DNA of 64,000 nt, taken from positions 23,064 through 87,063 of the forward strand of contig JBBEEC010000048.1 in assembly GCA_040880975.1 (NCBI GenBank), in the 5' to 3' direction. The position numbers and the translations under genes were made by a program. The stretch's first letter is position 1, and each line of letters begins with the position of its first letter. Below the pieces are notes generated by a model that saw nothing but the letters and a program-made list of their open reading frames with translations, ran no database searches and was not told the DNA's origin. The stretch comes from Bacteroidota bacterium (lineage in GTDB: Bacteria > Bacteroidota > Ignavibacteria > UBA10030). Below are positions 36,600 through 44,589 of this stretch, piece by piece.

Positions 36600-38378
36600 T
36601 TAGGGGCTTTCGAGTATTGTTGCTTTCGTGAAATCAAGTACGCGGGTTTGGTTCTTGTATCGAATGGTGATGATACCGCTTCCCCGCCGGCTTTGGACGA
36701 AAGGACCGTCGAAGAATTGATAATCGTTCAGGTTAATTTCCTTCCCATTGAGGACCCGCGGGCCGTTGAAGGAGAATCTCATTTCTACTCCGTGACGATT
36801 GATGTAACGGATGGCATTCTTTTTATCGAACCCTTTCAGGTCGATCGTACTGGAAAGAATCTTCTTCTGGAAGGATTGGAAGGATTGGTCCTCAGATTCC
36901 GACCCGACCTCGACGACGACGCCATTCTTCAACGACCGGCTTCGCCACCGCCAGTTCACAGATTCTTCCGTCCACTCCCCGGGCCTGACGAAATACAATC
37001 CGACATACGTATCTCCCAACCTGCAAAACACCCATCCCTTCGGATGAACAAAACGTTCGTCCAAAGTTTTTGGGAAGAAGCCGTCAACGTGAGGCTGCGT
37101 CACACCCTTCTCGAGTTTGTAGAGAACCAGAAGCGTGTTACGGTGCTGAAACGTTTGCTCGTACGGCGAACTGGAATTCCATTTGCCGGGGTTCGTGTAC
37201 ACCTTGTGATAACGATCCACCTCATCGGACAGGAACTTCAGCTCCTCGGGAAAGAACATACCCAGTTCGTGGCCGGAATAATAAGGATGAAGCGTGAAGA
37301 TCGTATTGTAGGGTTTTTCCGAGGACAGCGTAACGTCCCACGTGTGCTGCTGAATTGGCTGAAGGATTCCGCCGTGCAAGGAACCAAGCACGTAGTCCTT
37401 TGTCACATAGGTGTATTTGTACGCGGGGGGATTCTTTTCCTTCCCGAATCGGATGATATTCCGGACCCTCTTTGTTTCCGTGTGTACGTACGGCTCGGAA
37501 CGATCGGTGGCAATCTTCCTGATGATCGCCGGAAGCCGATACGAACTCAACGCACCGAACACGGCCTCCCATCCGCCCCTGTTCCTTGGCCGAAACCGCG
37601 TTTCCTCCCACTGTTCAAATTGCGGTTCACCAAAATAGAGCCAAGCCCACATTGTGCTGGGAGCTCCGAGCGGATTGATAATATCTTCGGGATAATCCCT
37701 GCTGTGGGCTCCACCGTAATTTCCTTCAAGATGTTCTGCCGCAAAATCCACAAAAAGCAGATCGAGCATCAGCTGGGCCCTTGCCTTCATCATAGGGTCA
37801 GCCGCAAATTCGTACAAAGCGATCATCGGCGTGACAAACGTGATGAAGTACGTGGGGGAATCGAATTCTCCTTGTCCGATGGTGCTCGAGATGCGGAACC
37901 ACTCATTCAGCCACCCACCGGCTTCCCGGATGTTTTCGTCGGATGACTTTCCATTGAACCATGCCTCCCCCGGCTCACCGGGCCATGTCTGGGCTGCAAG
38001 ATACAAGCCGGTGTAATACATCACCCAATGATTTTCCGTATCACCCCGATACATCATTCGGTTTTTGTACGCCAACCGCACCTTTTGTTTGATAGAATCG
38101 GGAAGAGCGTCCTTTGTATAGAGGTACGTACCGATCAAAGAGTAGGCGTAAAACATTCCGCCGATCCCCTTGTCGTATGTCAAAGAGTCGAGGAGCAGCA
38201 ATGCGCGGTCAACCTCAAAGCGCCTGCGGATTTTCGAGGCAATGACGTAAGGGCTTTTTTCCTGTTCCTGACTGACCACATCGATCAGGCGCCCCCTTCT
38301 CGCTTCAAAGAGCGAGTCATTCTGTGCTTGAAGAGACAGAGGAGAGACTACGAGAAGGAGTATGAATATCTTCTTCAT
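36600..38378 (-). CDS. secreted ~600-aa protein of unrecognised family, paralog 2
   Basis: The start at MKKIFILLLVV (38378) gives a signal peptide and an ATGA overlap with the propeller gene; the longest ORF reaches 38396. Motifs as for paralog 1. Confidence 0.7.
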   Translation of the reverse strand: MKKIFILLLVVSPLSLQAQNDSLFEARRGRLIDVVSQEQEKSPYVIASKIRRRFEVDRALLLLDSLTYDKGIGGMFYAYSLIGTYLYTKDALPDSIKQKVRLAYKNRMMYRGDTENHWVMYYTGLYLAAQTWPGEPGEAWFNGKSSDENIREAGGWLNEWFRISSTIGQGEFDSPTYFITFVTPMIALYEFAADPMMKARAQLMLDLLFVDFAAEHLEGNYGGAHSRDYPEDIINPLGAPSTMWAWLYFGEPQFEQWEETRFRPRNRGGWEAVFGALSSYRLPAIIRKIATDRSEPYVHTETKRVRNIIRFGKEKNPPAYKYTYVTKDYVLGSLHGGILQPIQQHTWDVTLSSEKPYNTIFTLHPYYSGHELGMFFPEELKFLSDEVDRYHKVYTNPGKWNSSSPYEQTFQHRNTLLVLYKLEKGVTQPHVDGFFPKTLDERFVHPKGWVFCRLGDTYVGLYFVRPGEWTEESVNWRWRSRSLKNGVVVEVGSESEDQSFQSFQKKILSSTIDLKGFDKKNAIRYINRHGVEMRFSFNGPRVLNGKEINLNDYQFFDGPFVQSRRGSGIITIRYKNQTRVLDFTKATILESP

Positions 38379-39358
38379 TGGGATGAGAGCCCCCATACCT
38401 GACCTTCGTCCTGACTGTTAAACTGCCAGGTGGTGCCGCTGTCCGTGCTGCGAAAGAGTCCGCCGTTCAGCGTACCGGCAAAAACAATATTGGAGTTCGA
38501 TTTGAGGACGAGAAGAGAATGGATATCCGGGTTTCCGAGTCCGTTGACAATCTGCTCCCATTTCTTTCCGCCATCTGTTGTTCGGTACACTCCCCCACCG
38601 TGGGTTCCGAGGTAAACAGTTGAGGAACTCTTCGGATCTACTGCGATCGCGTACACCGTTTTGTGTTGAAGTCCGCTGTTCGTTTTCTTCCAGCTCGCTC
38701 CGTGATCGGTTGTAGCAAAAATCCCGTCATCCTGGGTGCCTGCCCAAAGGCGCTTTGTATCCGAAGGGTCCTGAACGATGGTCCGGACACCGAGTCCTTT
38801 CAACCCTGCCGATTTCCACGAATTGCCTCCGTCGGTGGACAGCAGAATTCCTTCTTCGGTTGCAGCAAAGACCCGTTTCCCGTTTGATCGGTCGACCACG
38901 ACATCCGAAGTGAACGGCATTGTGAGTCCGATATTTTTTTCCTGCCAGGTTTTGCCGTCATCCGTTGTTTTGAATATCCCATAGGCAGTCGCCGCATAGA
39001 CCGTTAAAGGGTTCGAAGGATCAACAGCGACTTTCAGTACTTCCGTCATTTCCCACCCCGTGGTAATGACCCAACGGTCCCCGTTATCGGACGAGCGCAA
39101 TACTCCATTGCCGCAAGCTGACCACAGGATTCCGCGCTCATCGGCCTCGGTGTAGAAGGTGCGGATGTACTCCTTCCATCCCCTGTGCTGCCAGGTGTTC
39201 CCCGTATCGGTACTCGTGAACACTCCAACCACGGGGTTGTCGCTCACATTCAGCCGGTGCTTTCTCGAGTTAAGCACAGACATGACGATGGTCTCCTGGG
39301 CTTCGACTGTGCTTATGATCATCAGCCCGGAGAGCACAATGAGCAATCTAGATCGCAA
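38375..39358 (-). CDS. secreted BNR/Asp-box repeat beta-propeller protein, paralog 2
   Basis: Signal peptide and Asp-boxes (STDTGNTW, SSDNGDRW, TTDDGKTW, STDGGNSW, TTDHGASW, TTDGGKKW, STDSGTTW). Colinear with 35602..36597. Confidence 0.75.
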   Translation of the reverse strand: MRSRLLIVLSGLMIISTVEAQETIVMSVLNSRKHRLNVSDNPVVGVFTSTDTGNTWQHRGWKEYIRTFYTEADERGILWSACGNGVLRSSDNGDRWVITTGWEMTEVLKVAVDPSNPLTVYAATAYGIFKTTDDGKTWQEKNIGLTMPFTSDVVVDRSNGKRVFAATEEGILLSTDGGNSWKSAGLKGLGVRTIVQDPSDTKRLWAGTQDDGIFATTDHGASWKKTNSGLQHKTVYAIAVDPKSSSTVYLGTHGGGVYRTTDGGKKWEQIVNGLGNPDIHSLLVLKSNSNIVFAGTLNGGLFRSTDSGTTWQFNSQDEGQVWGLSSQ

Positions 39359-41693
39359 TGGAGATGCCTTTCTGTAATTCCTCTTTGCTGTGAGTTCCCT
39401 TGCTTTCGCCGTTCACGATCAGGTTGTAAGATTTCTCTTTCATGTTTCCGAACGTCACACGGATGGTTCGTGGGGAGGCAACGTTGTCTGCAACATTAAA
39501 TTCCACACGCGTGCCATTCGTGCGCACCGAGGGAATTCTACATCCGTCAATTCCGACACCCCACTGCCCCGCGACATCGACAAACGCTTCCCCGTATTTT
39601 TGGCCAATGAGATGAATGGAAACCACCGAACTGCCTGTGCCCCAGTGGAATCCTGTGACCCCTGCCAGCTGATCTGCTGCCGCGTGCGCATAGTTCTCTG
39701 CCGTCCTCGGAGACTCGGGAGATTCAAAGAGTGAGAACATCGCCCGAAGGGCAGCAACGCCGCGCTCAAAGTATTCCCGCTTACCGGTCAATTCGTAAAA
39801 ACGAACGAGAGTAACGGCAAAATATCCCTGGCGCGAATCGCTCCATTCTCCGTCGGTGTTTTGCACTCCAAATCCACCCATCAACTCGCAGGAAAGCCAT
39901 TCCGGACTCCAGATTTGCTGATACAGACAGAGGTAATCCATGACGGCGATGCCCTGCTCTTTGTATTCCTGTTTGCCCGTGAGTTCATACAAGCTCAAGA
40001 ATGCTTCTGCGGCCTGATGCATGGAGAGCGTGTTCTGCGGATGCTGACCTGTGTAGGTGTCAAAAAATCCGAGCGGCTTCCGGGAGCAGGAAAAAAAAGT
40101 TTCGTAGTCGAACCACTTGTGATGGGGAAGGATGTCTGTGACGACGTATTGCATCGCCCGTTCAGCTGCATCCAGATACTTGCCCTGTCCTGTCCTGCGG
40201 TGGTATTCGGCAAGGAAGAAAGCAGCGCCGGCCGTCTCGGCATTCTCGTCCCGAAATTCCGGGACCGGTTCGAGGGTCACCGGATCGTACCAGGATGGAA
40301 TGACACCGGATGAGGCTTGCTGTTTTACAAGGAAGTCAGCGAACCGGCCGGTGTAAGCGATAATTTCATCGCGCCGTTCCGGAAGAATATCGGCCCATTG
40401 GAGAAGCCAGTATCCTGTCCAGGCATTGTGAAACATGGCGTAGGCAGATCCGTCCCGTATTCCGCCCCAGGCGTGATCGGCAACCCAGTGGCCTCCCGAG
40501 CTGTCCATGTAAAATACCGTCGGAGCGATCCCTTCTTTTTGGGGGGCGAGAAGCGCAAGGTTCAGATTACCCAGCGCCTGTTGCTTCAACCCGTCGTTCT
40601 TGTTCTCGACGGCAAACAGGTACATCCCGTACGCTGACCGCAGAGAATTGAACCATACGTTAAACCAGTTGTCATTGTTTGCTGCCTTGTGAAGCCTGTT
40701 GCTCCAGGCAAGCCTCTCCTGCCGGAGTAATGTGACCTGCTTTCCCTCATACGTGGCATCAAGTGCTATCAATGGGATAAACTCGTGCCAGGCTTTTCGA
40801 ACATACGCAGCAAACGGAAAGGATTGTGGGCCTATCGGATCGAGGAAATTGCTGCGTCCGAATTGCTCCCAATGAAATCTCACAATATCACGATATCCGT
40901 TCCGGGCTGGTGCAGTGGCCGAAACATTGAGAAAATATCCGTACTCAACGGTTCCTTTTGGAATTGCTGCAAGCGATACCTCCGAATGAGAATAGTACAC
41001 ATGGTTCTTCTTTTCCCAGGGAAGGAGGCCAAAGGACATCATGGGAAGCAATCCAGTCACCTGTACGTCCGCCCCCGTTCGTGATGCCCTGTTCTTGCCA
41101 TCAATCGTTGGAAGGTCGGGGACCATGGCAGCGAACAAAGACCCTTTTTGCATCATCAACGCAGGAGCGCGAAAGGTGTGATCAGCGATGACCTCGTCAG
41201 GCCCGGGACGCAGTTGCGGAGTGTACACAAAGTCCAGCGGACCTCCTGGTGCAAACGAATACGTCGACAGCAGGTATTCGAGCGAAACCGAATCCTTGAA
41301 TTCTGCAGTGACAAGCACATGAGCATAGGAGGTGCCTTGTTGAATCCGGATCGTCTTGCGCAACACCACGCCGGCAGTTTCGCCGCTCAGCACAAGAGAC
41401 GGGGCAGGCCCGCGGGCGTCGAGCACCGCTACATGTGTGTAGCGGACAGGAATGACTTCGCCTTTGAGTTTCAGTGCAGGATCCCGCCGGTCAGCGTTGC
41501 CGCTCATGAGGACCCGCGTCCATCCGCTTCCTGATTGAGCAGAAATGTGTTCCACAACGTATCCGTCGATCACTTCCGCCGTCACCATAAGCTTGTTATT
41601 CCTGATCTCATACCTCGCCGGCTCCTGGGCTTTGGTCAGGCTTACACTGGCAAATACGAGAATCGCGACAGCGGCTGTTCGAATTCCGGTCAT
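39348..41693 (-). CDS. secreted 781-aa protein of unrecognised family
   Basis: Sec signal (VAILVFASVSLTKAQE). The C-terminal ~400 aa are rich in W/Y-containing helical repeats, which suggests an alpha/alpha toroid. No family can be assigned by eye. Confidence 0.55.
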   Translation of the reverse strand: MTGIRTAAVAILVFASVSLTKAQEPARYEIRNNKLMVTAEVIDGYVVEHISAQSGSGWTRVLMSGNADRRDPALKLKGEVIPVRYTHVAVLDARGPAPSLVLSGETAGVVLRKTIRIQQGTSYAHVLVTAEFKDSVSLEYLLSTYSFAPGGPLDFVYTPQLRPGPDEVIADHTFRAPALMMQKGSLFAAMVPDLPTIDGKNRASRTGADVQVTGLLPMMSFGLLPWEKKNHVYYSHSEVSLAAIPKGTVEYGYFLNVSATAPARNGYRDIVRFHWEQFGRSNFLDPIGPQSFPFAAYVRKAWHEFIPLIALDATYEGKQVTLLRQERLAWSNRLHKAANNDNWFNVWFNSLRSAYGMYLFAVENKNDGLKQQALGNLNLALLAPQKEGIAPTVFYMDSSGGHWVADHAWGGIRDGSAYAMFHNAWTGYWLLQWADILPERRDEIIAYTGRFADFLVKQQASSGVIPSWYDPVTLEPVPEFRDENAETAGAAFFLAEYHRRTGQGKYLDAAERAMQYVVTDILPHHKWFDYETFFSCSRKPLGFFDTYTGQHPQNTLSMHQAAEAFLSLYELTGKQEYKEQGIAVMDYLCLYQQIWSPEWLSCELMGGFGVQNTDGEWSDSRQGYFAVTLVRFYELTGKREYFERGVAALRAMFSLFESPESPRTAENYAHAAADQLAGVTGFHWGTGSSVVSIHLIGQKYGEAFVDVAGQWGVGIDGCRIPSVRTNGTRVEFNVADNVASPRTIRVTFGNMKEKSYNLIVNGESKGTHSKEELQKGISIAI

Positions 41694-43321
41694 TTTCGCT
41701 TCTTCACCCGTTTGAGAATCTTTTGCATGTTCAGCCCGAACATTTTCTTCTTTTCTTCAAACGTGCAGTGTGCATATGCCATCCAGCCGAATTGCGGAAT
41801 GGGATCCCGCATGGGCTGATCCGTTCCAAAGAGTACGCGGTCTGCTCCGACATGCTTGACCATGTATTCGATGACACGGTACGTCACCGAAGTCAGGGTA
41901 ATTTCGAGGAAGACGTTCTTGTGTTTCTTTGCCACTTCAATTGCAAGACGGGCATCCGGGAACGAAGCCCCTGAGTGCGCCAGGATAAACGAAATGTTCT
42001 TGTATTTCCGTGCGAGATCAGACGCTTCACCAACAACTTTGGGGGACGGATGGATCAACGCATAGGCATTCATGGTATTTCCATAGGCAAACCACGGAGC
42101 CCAGGCCTTGTCATTGTACGGAATGAACGTCCGCGGATAATAGGGCTTCATTCCGCCCATTTTGTGTTTCCCGTACCACAGATTGCATTCCTTTTTCCAA
42201 TCTTTCACGTATTGTGGTTGGAGAGCTGCGTATCCGTGGTAGAAATTGGGGTAGCGATTCATCGCGTCCACGATGATCTTGTTCCCTTCTTCATAGTCGG
42301 TCCACACAGCAAGGAAACCGCTGACGCACATGGCATCAATACCCATGAGCTTGGCTCTTTCATACATGCTTTGGGCATCGCCGAACGGTTGGTGCAGAAA
42401 ACCGATGCCTTCAGCCCCGTCGTGCGACATGTGGGCATGGGAGTCGATCACAAGCATATTGTCCAGCGGCCTGCCTTCTTTTGCCAGAGCAAGAATGGGA
42501 TCGTTCGGCTCCTTCCCGGTGTATGCGGGAAGCGTGCGGTTGATTTTTGCCAACCGCCGTATGTTGCCGGAACTGATTTTCGCCTTCTGTTCCTCATTGA
42601 GTGTGCAGTAGTCTACGAAAGACTTCGCTGCGCCTGGGGATTTCTCCAGCGCGCCCGTTCCCAGGAGGATCCGATCGGCACCGTACCAGTCCGCGAACAC
42701 TTCCATGGCGCGATTTCCCTGGTGGTTCGACAATTCGAGGTGCAGTCGCCGGTGCTTTCGCATCAGCGGATTGACAAACCGGGTGGATTCCCAGCGTGAT
42801 CCCTGCAGAATGACATTCAGATTTGAATAGCGACTGAGCATGACATCCAGGTCGGACAAGAGTACCTGATTCATAGGTTCGAGCAGATCGGGATGATAAC
42901 AATGCCCGCCCTCAAGCATCAGGAGAATGCCGTTCTTCTCGAATTCCGCCAGCAATTCGCCGCAGAAATCCACGGTGAACGGGTAGCGGTGAGCGCGTGG
43001 GTACATCTTGGCGACATGGATTCCATGGTCAAGCATCTCACGCACCGCATCCTTGGGTTTCTTGAACTCCCGGGTATGATGCGGCATGACCGTCCAGACG
43101 CCGAACATTCTCTCACTTTTCCGAAGCTCATCCAGAAGCATGCGGTTACCATAATTCGGATCGTATTCCTTGGCCGTGGAATGAGCGATCAACGCGCCGT
43201 GAATTCCGCACCATTCCATTTCCTCGAGAAGGCTTTCCGTGTCGACAATGACCTCCACATCTTTCGGGCCTTTTTTACCCACCATCGCGTAACAGTCAAT
43301 ATATGTTCGTCCGTTTGCCAT
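41690..43321 (-). CDS. tandem double amidohydrolase-fold protein (PF04909-like); the N-terminal copy looks degenerate
   Basis: The C-terminal half starts VIDSHAHM and ends VLFGTDQP (metal ligands). The N-terminal half has YIDCYAMVG at the equivalent position and ILLGTGAL at the end. Confidence 0.7.
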   Translation of the reverse strand: MANGRTYIDCYAMVGKKGPKDVEVIVDTESLLEEMEWCGIHGALIAHSTAKEYDPNYGNRMLLDELRKSERMFGVWTVMPHHTREFKKPKDAVREMLDHGIHVAKMYPRAHRYPFTVDFCGELLAEFEKNGILLMLEGGHCYHPDLLEPMNQVLLSDLDVMLSRYSNLNVILQGSRWESTRFVNPLMRKHRRLHLELSNHQGNRAMEVFADWYGADRILLGTGALEKSPGAAKSFVDYCTLNEEQKAKISSGNIRRLAKINRTLPAYTGKEPNDPILALAKEGRPLDNMLVIDSHAHMSHDGAEGIGFLHQPFGDAQSMYERAKLMGIDAMCVSGFLAVWTDYEEGNKIIVDAMNRYPNFYHGYAALQPQYVKDWKKECNLWYGKHKMGGMKPYYPRTFIPYNDKAWAPWFAYGNTMNAYALIHPSPKVVGEASDLARKYKNISFILAHSGASFPDARLAIEVAKKHKNVFLEITLTSVTYRVIEYMVKHVGADRVLFGTDQPMRDPIPQFGWMAYAHCTFEEKKKMFGLNMQKILKRVKKRK

Positions 43322-43338
43322 GCTTTGTCGGTTTCTTT

Positions 43339-44586
43339 CTACCAGTAAAAAGGTTTAATCGAGGATCGTTCTTTCGGTTCCGCATCGAGAGCCCGCTTCA
43401 AAGCCTTGCGCGCCCGCTCGATCGTGAGATCAATGTCTGCTTCCTGATGCGAATAACAAATGAACCAGCGGAGGATGACGAAGATCCCTTCGCGGAATAA
43501 TTCGCGGAACCAAAGGTATTCGAGTCGTGAGTTGTAGAGTGGATCAGATGTATTAAATTTCAGATAGGATGACACGGGCAGGCCGGCTGCGTATCCTTCG
43601 ACTCCCAATTCCTTTGCGATTGCATTGAAACCATCCATTAATCGCTTCCCCATGGAATACAAGTGCTTATGGACCGGTTCACGCTTCATGATGCTGATGG
43701 TGGCGATCGCCGCGGCGGTGGAGAGAGTCTCTCCGGCATACGTGGTTGTCATTTTGAAGTGATTCAGTTCGGAGAGATACTTACTCTTACCGACATACGT
43801 CGATATTGGATACCCGTTTGCCATCGCCTTGGCATAGCTTGCAAGGTCTGCGTCTACGCCAAAGAATTCCTGAGCTCCGCCCAACGCCAGGCGAAAGCCA
43901 GTCCACACTTCGTCGATGACAAGGAGGATCCCGTATTCCTTCGTCAGCTTTCGAAGATGTTTGATGTACGACCCACTGGTGTCTTCATTCATATCGTACG
44001 GTATCGAAATCACGCAGGCGATCCGCTCATTGTAGGTGCGGATAAGCCGCTCAGCCTCCTCCAGATTACCCCATGGAATGACCTTCACATAATCCTGGAG
44101 CATCTTCGGAACCCCGTTCGTGGGGCTCTCTTCCACCGCGAACCAATCTGGATACCCGTGGTATCCGCTGGTAAGGATCATATCCCGTTTTGTGTGGGCG
44201 CGGGCAATGCGAATATTGCTCAGGTTCGCGTCTTCCCCGGTTTTCATAAAACGGACCATCTCGGCATTCGGAATGACCTCATGCACGAGACGGGCAAGAT
44301 CCAACTCGAGCGGGCTGGCCATGCTGAAGAGAACGCCGTTTTGCATTTGCCTACGCACGGCATCATCCACCTCGTCATAACAATAGCCAAGGGTCACGGG
44401 ACCGAGGGCCAGGCGGTAATCGATGTATTCCTTCCCTTCCATATCCCACACCCGACATCCTTTGCCGCGAACGATGTACTTTGGCATGGTCTCATCGAAG
44501 GCAGGGTACGGCCGCTTGGCATTCGTCTGCGTACCCCACGGAATGAGCTTGAGGGCTTCTTGAAAATGCTTATCGGAAAGACGCAT
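43339..44586 (-). CDS. class III PLP-dependent aminotransferase (GSA-aminomutase-like)
   Basis: LLVIDEVWTGFR motif and PLP-lysine context ASYAKAMANGYP. Confidence 0.85.
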   Translation of the reverse strand: MRLSDKHFQEALKLIPWGTQTNAKRPYPAFDETMPKYIVRGKGCRVWDMEGKEYIDYRLALGPVTLGYCYDEVDDAVRRQMQNGVLFSMASPLELDLARLVHEVIPNAEMVRFMKTGEDANLSNIRIARAHTKRDMILTSGYHGYPDWFAVEESPTNGVPKMLQDYVKVIPWGNLEEAERLIRTYNERIACVISIPYDMNEDTSGSYIKHLRKLTKEYGILLVIDEVWTGFRLALGGAQEFFGVDADLASYAKAMANGYPISTYVGKSKYLSELNHFKMTTTYAGETLSTAAAIATISIMKREPVHKHLYSMGKRLMDGFNAIAKELGVEGYAAGLPVSSYLKFNTSDPLYNSRLEYLWFRELFREGIFVILRWFICYSHQEADIDLTIERARKALKRALDAEPKERSSIKPFYW

Positions 44587-44589
44587 GTT

